Positions 39,230 through 51,100 of a DNA stretch of 57,919 nt are shown piece after piece. Location of the stretch: contig MCFE01000560.1 of the NCBI GenBank assembly GCA_002104905.1, positions 1 through 57,919 on the forward strand, read 5' to 3'. Made by a program: the position numbers and the translations under genes. The DNA is from Basidiobolus meristosporus CBS 931.73. Taxonomy: Eukaryota > Fungi > Basidiobolomycota. The notes beneath the pieces are model-generated. The model searched no databases and was not told where the DNA came from. It saw only the letters and a list, made by a program, of their open reading frames with translations. Position 1 is the first letter of the stretch, and each line of letters begins with the position of its first letter.

Positions 39230-40140
39230 AAGCAGATCACCAATGCCAGCTTGACGCATCTACAGCTGTTGTGGGAGAAGTTTGTGATGGGATTTGAGTG
39301 GCTATACTACAGGCATGAAGCTGAATGTGTAGATCTCTGCGCTACTGTATCCATTCTGTTCTCCATCTTGCACAGTGTGTGGAGAATGTTGGGCCTAGCT
39401 ACAACTTTTGGGAGTTTCCTATGGAGCAGATGTGTGGGGAGATAGGAAGACAAGTTAAGTCGCAGTTACTAACATATTCCAATCTAATCAAGAATATTAC
39501 CTTCAAGTCTGTCATGGATGGAATGAGTTGGCACATAGAGGACAGCCAGGAAGAGTTGGAAAATACTGAGGACAAATGTGCACATGGTGATACCTATGCC
39601 TATGGCATTAAGAAGCTAAGCAGCCCCAATGCATGGGTAATCAGTTAAGTAATTCAAAGTTGGGTTGGGTGCAACAAGTAACTGATTTTTATCAGGAAAC
39701 TCTGCTAAGGTATGCCAGTGTAGTGGGGTGACAGTGACACCCACTGACAGATGTGCTCACTCCCATATTTACTACTAAGGTTATTGCACCCAGTGAACAC
39801 CCCACACACAAAACACTTGAGAGGTGTTGGACATATCTCTCCCTTGGACTTATACACCACAACACTGGATGTCTCATTGTCACAAGACAACTTCTACACC
39901 ATTCAATATGGAATTCACACAAACAAAAGCCAGAGCGCACCTATAAGAGGACTAGAATCCAGCAGGGAGAAGAAATATATTGGCTAAATACCAAGAAGTT
40001 CTTTGCAGATATTCCGGAGGTAGTCATGTCAGAAGTGGCAACAGCCAAGCATTTGTTTGCAAGATATATATGTTACTAGCAGTACCAGGTGTATGGCAAC
40101 TTTGCAAGTATCACACTAAAAAGCCATAAAGTTGAGGTGA
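39230..40140 (+). pseudogene. Tnp2-type transposase 3' relic U5
   Basis: NFWEFPMEQMCGEIGRQVK...IYWLNTKKFF matches 53200-53950. Confidence 0.8.
39719..39864. repeat. 146-bp mini solo LTR-like insertion
   Basis: TGTAGTGG...CCACAACA, absent from U7 (ATGCCGGAT). Flanked by CCAG and CTGG, consistent with a duplicated CCGG. Confidence 0.75.
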
Positions 40141-40319
40141 TAAAAGACCACAACAATACCATGCAAATATCATCACAGCACCAATAAAGTATTGTCAAGC
40201 TTTATTCCTTTATTTGGTTGTAAAATTAGCAAATCACCATCATGATCCCATCATAAGATCATCAGGAGGGTCTCTAATTCCAAGCTGCTGGTATTATGAT
40301 GGTCTCTAAGTAAGATCCT

Positions 40320-41560
40320 GATGGCTAATCCAGACTGGATCCACCTGTGGGACGAAATTATTTTTCATAGGGTTGATCAAGTCAAATACTTTACTGGTAG
40401 GTTGAAGCAAAGAATTTGGATGACAGTATTTTACTGTAGACCTCAGGCTATTGAAGAAGCAATTAAGATTGTCATCAGGAAGAACATATTTCAAATTACT
40501 GCCCTCAGAAAAGAAAAGGACCTCACTCAACAATATCCTCAGCCAAATCAAAGCCCTGCATCTTAGTATTATGGGCAAAGACCTTGAGGAAGACTCAGAG
40601 CTTATCTTTTGCAGCACAGAAGTATACTTATTGCAGATGGCTTCCAACTGAGGAAAGCAAGACATACTTCTACAGAGCAACTAGGAAGAGTATCCTTATG
40701 ACTTTGATGACAGTACAGATGAATTCTTCTGCTACTCATCTCCAAGAGGATTAAATTCATTTGAAAACTACTTAGATGAGTTTCCAATTGCACCTGTGAG
40801 CTTATCACCAGTCAGAGAAGTTGATCATGCCATTGACACAAAGGATAGCCCTCATAAGCACAAGTGAGCTTACATAATGAGTTCATTGTAAATGGTAAAT
40901 GTGATTGGACAAATCAACCATTATTGGAGCAAGGATAGGGCAGACCTGGCAAGTCTATATGAGGGCACTAGTGCTGTTTGTGATGAGTGGTAGCACTTCA
41001 AAATATGCATTGACTACAGAGTTTCAGCTTCAGTTACTTTGAAGAATAAGTACACCAAACCTTAGATGATAGGGCTCCCATACCATCCTATTGTTGCCAC
41101 CATATTTGGCAAGATTGTCCTCATTTGGGTATAGAGTCAGATTAGGGTGAAACTAAATCATATTCCCAAGACAGCATTTAGGATCAGATATACCTGATAT
41201 AAGAAAAGAGCTTATTCTCTGCACAGACACTTCAGCTTGTGCAACTGGTAGCATACTGAGCCAAGGACATGTAGAAAAGGAATACCTAGTTGCATTAGAA
41301 TTCAGGAAATAAACTCAGTTCAGCAAAACTATCCCATATATGAAAAGGAGATGCTATATCAATGGAGTCAAAAGCACTCTGAAGACCTATCATTGTACAC
41401 TTGAACATATATGGCCGCCAAAAGTACTGTGCAGATGAATGACTAGAAGGAATGAAGGCTTTCATCAGCCTAGCTTGGAGATAATCTGATGCCTTGGGAA
41501 AAAACATATTTGCAGATGCCTTTAATGGCAAAAACATGTTGCATACCCAAGTAGTCCATG
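40320..41560 (+). pseudogene. Highly degenerate Ty3/gypsy gag-RT-RNase H relic
   Basis: Remnants EVDHAI, CIDYR, IPKTAF, NIFADA in broken frames. Confidence 0.55.
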
Positions 41561-42012
41561 CATCAGATTGGCCCATCTCATTACCAAGGTTTTTTGAGGC
41601 TCTGTCTTGTCTCCAACCCAAATTTTCTTAATGTTGTGGATGAGGACATTGAAGGCCAATCCAGAATGAAGCTAGCATACTTGTGGTATAGATTGAGACA
41701 CATTACCAATTTGTTAGCTGGCTACTATCCTGTTGCCTTTTTCCTGGACTAAATATATAAGCTGAGCAATGGATATAAATATTGTTAAACTGAAGGGATC
41801 TATAGCCTAGCAAAACCAGAGCTTAGTGGCCCAGAATAAGGAAGCAGTTGACCTGTTGGTGAGAACATGCCTATGCTGATAATTTAGTCAGATCCAACAT
41901 CTCATAATTGCCAAACATTTCACTTTGGAACATACATTACCATTGGTGTGAAGGAGGGTGAACTCTGTCAGAAGACAACCTGCTACTATGAAAAGTAAGC
42001 AGTGGTTTATAG

Positions 42013-42247
42013 TGTTATGATCTGCCTATCAAGAGCTTAAGTCAATTCAGCTTTTAGTCAGAACAGTGAGTACTTATGTTTGGCTTATTGGTATATTAGT
42101 GTAATCTGTCAGGTTAGTAATACTGGTCAGCAGGTGACTTAGCAAAGCTTTGTCCAACAGAAATAGATTTATTAAGTCTGGTCTTGTTGAAAGTTAAAAA
42201 TGCAATCAAATGAGTCATCTGCCACAAGTTACATCAGGTAATACTAT
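42013..42247 (+). repeat. Family-H-like LTR 5' part, cut by the MITE
   Basis: TGTTATGATCTGCC start; homologous to 6981-7205. Confidence 0.7.
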
Positions 42248-42795
42248 AGATTTGTTCTGTTGAATAGTGCCCAATTGAGTCATGAGTGTCAAATAATGAC
42301 ATAGTGAGCCAGGGAGGCCAGGAAGACCTAAAGTTGGTTGCAGCATGTGTAACCAAGCTCTTTATCTTTGTGCAAAGTAGTACCTGTAACTCGCACATAA
42401 TGCAGGAGAAAATCCATTGTTTGACCTTTTTCTTGGGATCAATGTTGTGACTTATGTCAAAGAGCACTGAAACACTGAAGACATGTATCAAATATTCAAT
42501 ACTATAGCATACTGAATCTAGCTCCTGTGGGTTGTAACATGTCACAAAAAGGTATGGCACATTCTAGCACTGTAGCAGAGTATTAGCCCAAAAGTAAACC
42601 TATATAGAGCACTTATAGTGCTAAATGGTGCCAGTGGACCAAGTTCATGCCAAGCATTTTTGTGATATGATACAAGCCACAGGAGCTGGATTCAGTGTGC
42701 CATGGATATTGAGTACCAGATGCATGTTGTCAGACCATGTGTGCTCTGACCCTTGATATGAAATATTAATCCCAAAAAAAGGTCAGATTTTGTTC
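42248..42795. mobile_element. Second fold-back MITE copy, right arm truncated
   Basis: AGATTTGTTCTGTTGAATAGTGCC start; arms and central spacer (TATTAGCCC.AAAGTAA...AGCACTTATAGTGC) match 19209-19941. Confidence 0.8.
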
Positions 42796-42796
42796 C

Positions 42797-44290
42797 AGAC
42801 TAGTCTTGGTCACTGTAGGACTAATTTACAGCCCTAACTTTGCTAGTTTCTTCAGATCTATGATCCTATGATTATTCCACTATAGTCAAGATCAAATTAA
42901 CACTTTTGACCTAATATTATGTGCTGACCCTGAAGCTATTACAGAATGCTCCTGAATGTTGAGAAACCCACCTGATTCAGTGTTACAGCTGTATTACCTC
43001 TACAAAGGTATAAATGCTGACCCTCTTTATGAGTGAACAACAGTTCAACTATTATCACTATTTCTTTATAAGCTCCTTTTATTCAAATCACTTCTTAAAT
43101 TACTACATTCTCTACTCAAGTTCTTGTTGCAACTTAAGAAGTGATTTGGATATAGGAAGCTAATCAAGAAATAGTGACAATAGTTGGACTATGGCTTATT
43201 CATAAAGAAGCTCAGTATTTATACCTTTGTAGATGTAATACAACTGTGACACTAAGTAAGGAGAGCTTTGCAATGGATTCATAAATTGGCATAAACTGAA
43301 TGACTTTTCCAACTGCCACTGTAATATCTGGATGTTAAGACACCATCAGGTACATCAGTCTGTCAATCATTGACTAATAGGGGGAGACTTGGTCCATGTT
43401 TGAGCCTTTTTTACCTAAGACCGGTGGAGATTTGCTTAATTTCAGGTAATTATCCATGAGGGTAGCTGCAGGCTTGCAATTCTTCATTCTGAAGTGTCTA
43501 AAATGTACTTGATGTACCTAGACTGATTTAGCACAATTTTATGTGTAGGTATGTCAGATTTGACTTCAGTCCCAAGAAAATAGCTCTATTTTCCAAGATC
43601 TTTGATCTCAAACCTGCTGAAGAGATCTAATTTCTTCTGTTTAAGAGCTTACTAGTCACTTGTAGCTATTATCAGGTTTTCCATGTAAAGAACTAGGATG
43701 ATCACACCCTTTTTGAGTTGCTTCACATATATGCTGTGATCCCCTAGTGCTATAAATGAACCCAATCTTCTATAGATATGTGATAGTCTTGTTACGTCAT
43801 ACTCTGGGTGCCTGCTTAAGTCCATACAGCAATTTCCTAAGTCTGCGCATCTTATGGGAGCCTTTTGAATCTGTAAAACTTTCTGGTTGCTCCATATATA
43901 TATTTTCTTGCAGATCCCCATTTAGAAAGGCTGTTTTCCCATCCACAGTGTGTATATCTAGACTGTATACAGCTGCCAGGCCAGTTCCCATATTTGGGCT
44001 TGATCTGTGATTGATACTTCTGCTGCATGGCTTGTTGCCACATAGTAGTAGCCACCAGTATCCAGGGGCATTTCTCATTCTGGTAGATTTCCTAACTGGG
44101 ATATTCTGCTTTGAAGTGGAACTGGTAGAATTCTCTTCCATATCTGGCTGAATTAGGTACATATCCTCTTCATTAGTGTTGAATGCATTATCAGACAGCT
44201 GGCCAATAATTTCTGCAGCTTTCTGATCTGAATTATCTTCAAATACAACATCCCTGCTCTTGATCAGCTACTGAACTTTGCCTTCATACA
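42797..44290. mobile_element. Older copia A relics: inverted LTR part, second LTR part and RT/IN fragments
   Basis: 42797-43107 is a reverse-orientation LTR-A part. 43125-43265 is an LTR-A start. 43280-44290 is homologous to the A1 RT/IN region. Confidence 0.75.
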
Positions 44291-44559
44291 CTAGACTTGC
44301 TCTATTATATTGTGCCAGGGTGTGCAGCGCAATTGGCAGTCTCTAAGAACAACTGGGTGCAATACTATAGCTATCAGTAGGCATGATTGAACTTGGACAA
44401 TTCTGCACCATGGGCAACAATCTTGCACACTATCACACAATCTGACACAATGAGGTTGGCACAGATGATTGCACCAACTTGTAATGTTTGCATCACATGC
44501 GCAATTGGTTACCTCTATTATGGTAGGTAAAATCTAGTATTTGGATATGTTTCTATAAT

Positions 44560-45190
44560 GTTAACATCTACTGGTAAATGATGTAATGTTGTAGCTAGAG
44601 AAGTGGCATGCTTCTACTAATATCAGTAATGGGGTCTTTGAAGCTTTATTACTACTTCTTGCCTAAATCATACTGGGATGCAACTTACCATATACATGGT
44701 ACAAGTGGACAACTGTCATGTGGCTGGCAACATATGATCCAGAGATTGTCCTGATTCCAGCATGTGTTAACAGTTGCATGGTATTCACATCAAAAAATGC
44801 TACCATTGCAATGTGCTCAGATTGTCAGGAATCCACCACCATTGAGGGAAAACATTTTTCACACTCCAGATATATTCCGGTCGTACCCTGTCTGAGGAAG
44901 CTGATGCAGTCCAACAAATATTGCAAAGCTATACAGTACTGCACTCAGTATAAATCAAGTACAAACATATCTGATATATTTGATGGCAAACATTACAAAC
45001 AGCTAAGAAGCAAGGGCTACCTTGAAGGTATGTATGACCATGCCTTTTCCTTAGCACTTGGTTGATTCTCATCAAACAAGTACTCTACCAGCAAATCCTG
45101 CTGGCCACTGATTCCCATCAATCTGAATCTGCCACCCAGCTTACAGTATCCAAGCAATAATTTGATTGTAGACTCACTGGTATCTGGAGG
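44560..45190 (+). pseudogene. Tnp2-type transposase fragment U6
   Basis: MWLATYDPEIVLIPACVNSC...FDGKHYKQLRSKGYLEGMYDHAFSLAL. Confidence 0.8.
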
Positions 45191-46290
45191 TAGCTCCTTG
45201 TTTTTATCACTTCCAGGTCCTTCACTGCTACTTTGGCCAAGTACTTGTTAAGTGGAGCTACACTATTTGCTTGGTAAATGTTGTACTGGTGCATCTGTGT
45301 CTGCCTGCTTGTCCCCAATTGGCATTCTTCCAGCTACCTGATGTATCTGTTGTATCCATGAGAAAAGTGTAATAAAACTCTTGAATGAGTTAACTGATCC
45401 TAAGTAATGACTAAGCGCAGAATCTTAGAATTGTTAAGAGTGACAGAAATATTAGCAGAGAAGTTCTGGTCTAATATTGGTGTTGTATATAGTTGAGTTG
45501 GGCTACAAAGGTAACAGAGTTGGTTTGCTATACAGGCTAGGCTTGGTGTTCTTAGGAATGCTAGATATGCTAGGCTTGGGTGGAAACTAGAATGGAATTG
45601 TTGAATTCTTAATTTTGCTGAGGCACAATCTTAATTTTGCTGAGACACACACTAAACCAAAAGGTTCAGTAATCTTTACTAATATTTTTCTGACCAAGTT
45701 GAATTAGTAAGCACCAAGAGACTGGACTAATTGAAATCTGTTTGGGTGCTGATATGTGCATAAGATAAATGAAAATTGTGTCATTAATTAGCTGATGTCT
45801 TGGCAACTACTAAGTGGTTGGATGGATCTCAGATGACTAATCCTTTGGAAAGGCTTAGCAGATCAGTTGAGGACATAATGACCACTTGAAAATTGATCAG
45901 GTGTGACAGCTAAAAATAGACTCTGAGAAGTGATAAAAGAAACCATTACAGGGATAAGTTTTGTTTGGGTTAGGGAAAATCAGTTAGGGTACTAGATTTT
46001 CTAATGGAGTAAATTGGCTAAGTTTTAAATGTTGATGCACAACAGTATCTTTGATGCTTGTCTGGAGCTTTCAGCCCTGCTTGTAATGCGCTCTTGAGGA
46101 AGATACTCATTTTTAGCCATGACACCCTTGTTCTCCTGTCTTTGTTAGCTTCTGCTATTCTTGAAACACTTTCTAAGCAAACTAATACAGGCCCAAAATC
46201 TGTTTGCTTGCTCAAATCCAGGATAATGCTTATGGAACAGGTCAATCACATTCTGCTTGGCCTTGAGTTCCCAATGGTCTCAGCAATACT
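45190..46290 (-). pseudogene. ORF2 fragment (minus), split by a solo LTR
   Basis: Reverse complement matches 56770-57150 and rejoins across TSD GTATC. Confidence 0.7.
45348..46044. repeat. 697-bp solo LTR of a third family (C)
   Basis: TGTTG...CAACA with exact TSD GTATC (45343-45347, 46045-46049). Non-coding and AT-rich. Confidence 0.88.
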
Positions 46291-48123
46291 TGGAAATAGT
46301 CTAAAATCTAGATGAGGAGATAATATATGTAGAGCAAACAATTTCCCAGGCAAAGAATGCAGTATCTTTGCTGCAATAAAGGAACTCAAGTTACTCAATT
46401 TCACAGCCAATAATTGAGCCACTCCCCAATGTAACAGCATAGGAGTACTGTAGAGTATCTGAAGCACAACAACAGTACCCAAAGATAAAGCCTGCGGAAA
46501 AACCTATCACATCATTGGAGGGAGAGAATGTTGTGTTTGTGCTCAAGCCTAAAAATCAAAAGACATTGAAGATTCATGAAGTCATTGTGTGCAATAATGA
46601 AGAGTGGGCTAAAATTCAAGAGGCTGTTAGGAGTCTAGCACAGTATCACCCTAAGGCCTGCATACCATGGGACCATCAGGAACTCAAGGCCAGTCCAATG
46701 CACTTAACATATTGCATAGGCATTCTCTTGGATTCAAGTAAGCAAACAGAGTTTGGTCCTGTGTTAGTATGCTTACAAAGTATCTCATGAATAGCAAAAA
46801 CTATAAAAAGCAGAAGAACTATGGTGCTATGTCTAAAAATTAGCATCCTCCTCAAGAGCTTCCCACAAGCAGGGCTGAAAGCTTCAAACAAGCAGCAAAG
46901 AAACATCAGGTAGCTGGGAGCATGCCTGTTAGGGAAAGCAGGCAGAAGCAGAAGCATCTGTGCAGCATTTATCAAGGAGAAAATGTAGTTTAATACAAAA
47001 AGCACTCAGTTACAACAGCAGTGAAGGACTTGACAGTGATAGGAGCCTGCAGCTTTCTCAGGAACCTGTCACAAGCAGGGCTGGAAGGTCCAAACAAGCA
47101 GCAAAGAAATGTTTGGTTGCCAAGAAAGTGGCAGCAACAGACAAGTAGACAAAAATGGATGCACCATTTCAGCATTCATTAAGGAGAAGGCAAAGTACTA
47201 TATAAGAAGCACTTGGCCACAGTAGCAGTGAAGGACTTGACAGTGATAAAAGCCTGCAGCTATCTCAGGAGCCTGTCAGAAGCGGGGCCATTATTTCCAA
47301 GCAAGCAGCTAAGAACTTTCAGGTTGCGGGAGTAGTGCTGGCAAGGGACAAGCAGACATAAGCAGATTGACCAGTGCAGCATTCATCAAGGAGAAACAGA
47401 GCATAATACAAGAAGCTCTCAGCAAAGGTAGCAGTGAAAGACCAAGCAGCAATAGCAGTAAAGGTAAAGTGAATAAGGTGTACCCAAGCCAGAAGCAGGG
47501 CAGAGTGAGAAAAAAGCTGCAGTTCTCACCATATTACACTGTCTGCCCAGAACAGGCTGAATCCTATAATAACCAAGAAGAATCATCAACAAGACATCAG
47601 CTGCTTTCTCAAGTGTTGCAAGTGCAGCCAGCTGAGCTGCACCCCAGTGAGGTAGATGTGTTTGCAGAGAAAAGCAGTTTGTCTATCACTGCCTCCGCAT
47701 CCTCCATTATTGACAGAGTGGAGACTATGCTGTCTACATGCTGCATGGATGAGAGGCTTGCTACAATGACAACATGGTCTTTTTTCTCTTCTCTTGCAGT
47801 GTTCAATCACTGTAGTCTTGCCAATGGATCATATGTCTTGATGTTTACATCATAATTCTATTGTAACAATTTTTTGTCAATATTCATGCCAGCTTAAGAC
47901 CGTCTTCTATAGAGATCTTTGCACCTGCATGAATGTAAAATTAAATGATGGCCCACCATAGTAAGCATTATAAATACAGTGGTGGCACAATATGTACACA
48001 TATTTTTAACACTATATCCCCTTTGGTTTGGCCCACCTCTATATAAACACCACCAGAAAATATAGTAAAGTTGTCTAGTCTCAAGCAAACCCACTGCAGA
48101 CAGCAGCAGAAGAATGGCCAAGC
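46290..48123 (+). pseudogene. ORF2 relic with three 207-bp repeats, fused to the 5' transposase/intergenic/ORF2-start block of the next unit
   Basis: 46290-47715 matches 56370-57615; 47716-48123 matches about 55655-56050. Confidence 0.75.
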
Positions 48124-51100
48124 TGTTGTAAGAGTCTTGGAGATATTGGAAGTGATTTGGGGAACAAGTAGATTATGTGGTTCTCACTTAATGATTTATT
48201 GAATGTAAAAGCAGTATTTATACTTTTACCTGGTCTTGGCATTACAAACATGTAGAATAGGCTAAGGAAGGTCCCAAGAACATGTGTGCAAAGTTTGGGG
48301 CTGTTTGGACAACTTTGAGAATTTTCATGTGCTAGGTACCTGGTATTTTGATGAAAATATTCTAGGTAAATCCCAACAAGGAATTTGGTCAGTATTCTCT
48401 AGGATTTAAGGGCAATAATCTAAATGACTAAGTTAGGTGAGTATTTAGGTGGAATTACAAATTTTTACAACACTCCCACTCAGCTGAATGTTCATACTGA
48501 CTAGTCCTAATTTTGACCTAAGATATTCAAACTTGTCTCTAGCTAATGGTTTGGTAAATATGTCTGCAATCATTTCATCTGTAGGGCAGTAAACTAAGCT
48601 CACTAAGTTATTCTCTATAGCTTCACATATGAAATGATGTCTAATATCTATGTGCTTGGTTCTAGCATGAAAAGTTGGATTTCTATCTAATTGTATACAT
48701 CCTTGATTACGTTGAAATAAAGTAATAGGTGTTTTTTGACATAGGCCTAAATCTGTAAAAAGTTTTCTTAACCATGTTGCTTCTTTTGTAGCTCCACAGG
48801 CTGCCATATACTCTGCCTCTGTGGTGGAAAGTGCTATGGTTGGTTGCTTTCTCAAATTCCATGAAATTACTCCTTTACAGTAAAGAAAAGTGTATCCTGT
48901 GGTGGATCTTCTGTCTTCCAAATTTTGTCCCCAATCAGCATCAGAGTATCCCACAAGATCCTGTTCTGAGTCCTCATAAGTGTATCTTAAGCAGATATCA
49001 GCAGTTCCTTTTAGGTATCTAAAAATCCGCTTGACTGCTGCAATATGATCTGATCCATAGTTCTGATTATGTTGGCTGACAACTCCCACTGAAGATGAGA
49101 TATCTGGACATGTTCCAAGCATGATATACATCAGACTGCCAACCATAGATTGATAAGGAAAGTCAGGGCTTTCAGATGGCACCAAGCTCTCTTGATTTGG
49201 TTGAGTTTTGACCAAGTTAAGGTTTGTCTCCATTGGGGTAGCTGCTGGTTTACAGTCTTCCATTTGGTACTTCTTTAGTATATCTTGAATATACTTGGAT
49301 TGACTTAGGGTGATAGTCTGGGTACTTCTGTCTATGGAGAACTTAATCCCTAAGTAGTAACTAAGTTCTCCTAGATTGGACATCTTGAGCTCCTTGGATA
49401 GGCGGGATTTAGTCTCTTCCAATGTTTCTAGGTTATTGCCAGCTATAATAAGATCATCCACATATAGAGCTAATAGAGCTGGATTTGCTCTATCTGGCTT
49501 ATAGTATATACTATAGTAAGCATTACTTCTTTTGAAACTCAAAGATTCCAAATAAGAATCTATCTTGCAATTCCAGGCTCTTGGTGATTGTTTAAGACCA
49601 TATAGTGACTTTTTAAGCCTGCAGACCAAATGGGGGTTATCTTGGTCAACAAACCCATCAGGCTGGTCCATATACATGTCCTCATCAAGTTCTCCACTCA
49701 AAAATGCAGTTTTTACATCCATTTGATGAATAAAAAACTTATATTTGGCTGCATTAGCCAAAATTAATCTGATGGAATTAAACTTGGCTACCAGTGCAAA
49801 GGTCTTGGTATAGTCAAGTCCTTTTGTTTGAGAGTATCCTTTGGCTACAAGTCTGGCTTTGTATCTTTCAATTGTACCATCAGCTTTGTATTTTGTCTTG
49901 AAGACCCATCTGCATCCAATTGATTTTTGGTTGATTGGTAAATTGACTAAGTTCCAAGTTTGATTTTCCAATAGGGCCTGATATTCCTCAGTCATTGCAG
50001 ATCTCCAAAACTTTGTCTGAGGGCTATTTAGGGCCTCTTTTACAGTCTGGGGCTCATCAATATGGACTGAATAGGCATAGGCTAAGTTTGTACCCTCATT
50101 GATATTGTAATTAGGGCTATTTCTTGTGCAATTGGATCTCCGGGCATTTGATACTGGAATGATCACTTCAGGGATATTCCTGGGCACTGATTCTGGCTGA
50201 ACCATGGTTGTAGAGTCCTCTGGAGTGAAAAGATTCTCATTGTATTGCTCTGATTCAAACCTGACAATTGGTGGACTTGAGATCAAATTTGTGTCATCAT
50301 CTGATGCCATTTTTGGTGAAAATTTGAATTTTCATCAAACAACACATCCCTGGACTTGATCAGCTTTTTGCTTTGGTATTGTAGAGTCTGTATGCCTTAC
50401 TCTCATTGCAGTAGCCCAAAAATATGCATTTTACATTTTTTGGCTCAAATTTTGACTGATTTCCAACCAGTTTTTTGGCATATGCTGTACGCCCAAATAT
50501 TCTTATATGTTCTGCACTTGGTCTGTATCCATGCCATGCTTCAAATGGAGTAGAATTACAAAGTATTCTTTTATAACTCCTATTTTTAAGGTATACAGCA
50601 GTGGCAACTGATTCCGCCCAAAAATATAGGATAATTTTTGATCATGGATCATAGATCTTGCCATATCAATTATTGATCTGTTAGCTTGTTCTGCTACTTC
50701 ATTTTGCTGTGGGGAGTATGGTACAGTAGTCTCTTGCTCTATCCCTTGATTTTTGCAGAAGTGGATGAAGAGTTTTGAGGTATATTCTCCATCATTGTCA
50801 GTGCATATTTTCTTGATTTTTTCACCAGTTTCTCTCTCCACCATGGCTTTAAACTCCCTGAACTTAGACAGAGCTTCTTCCTTTCTCTCCATGAAGTAGA
50901 CCCATGTGTATCTTGTATAATCATCAATAAAAGTAATTAAATACTTCATCCTGCCTAAGGATAAATTTTGCATAGGTCCACACAGATCTGAGTGAATTAG
51001 ATCTAATTTGTTCTAAGTTTTGATTACCCAGAGCTCTTGAATGGTTGTCTGGCTTGTTTCCCATATATGCAGGCTTCACAGTGCTCCAAATTAGCTGGGG

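Noticed and set aside
11692-48123. Targeted LTR insertion into ORF2 (five cases)
   Set aside because: The backbone is mostly this element and the transposase also has insertions, so enrichment cannot be shown from one window.
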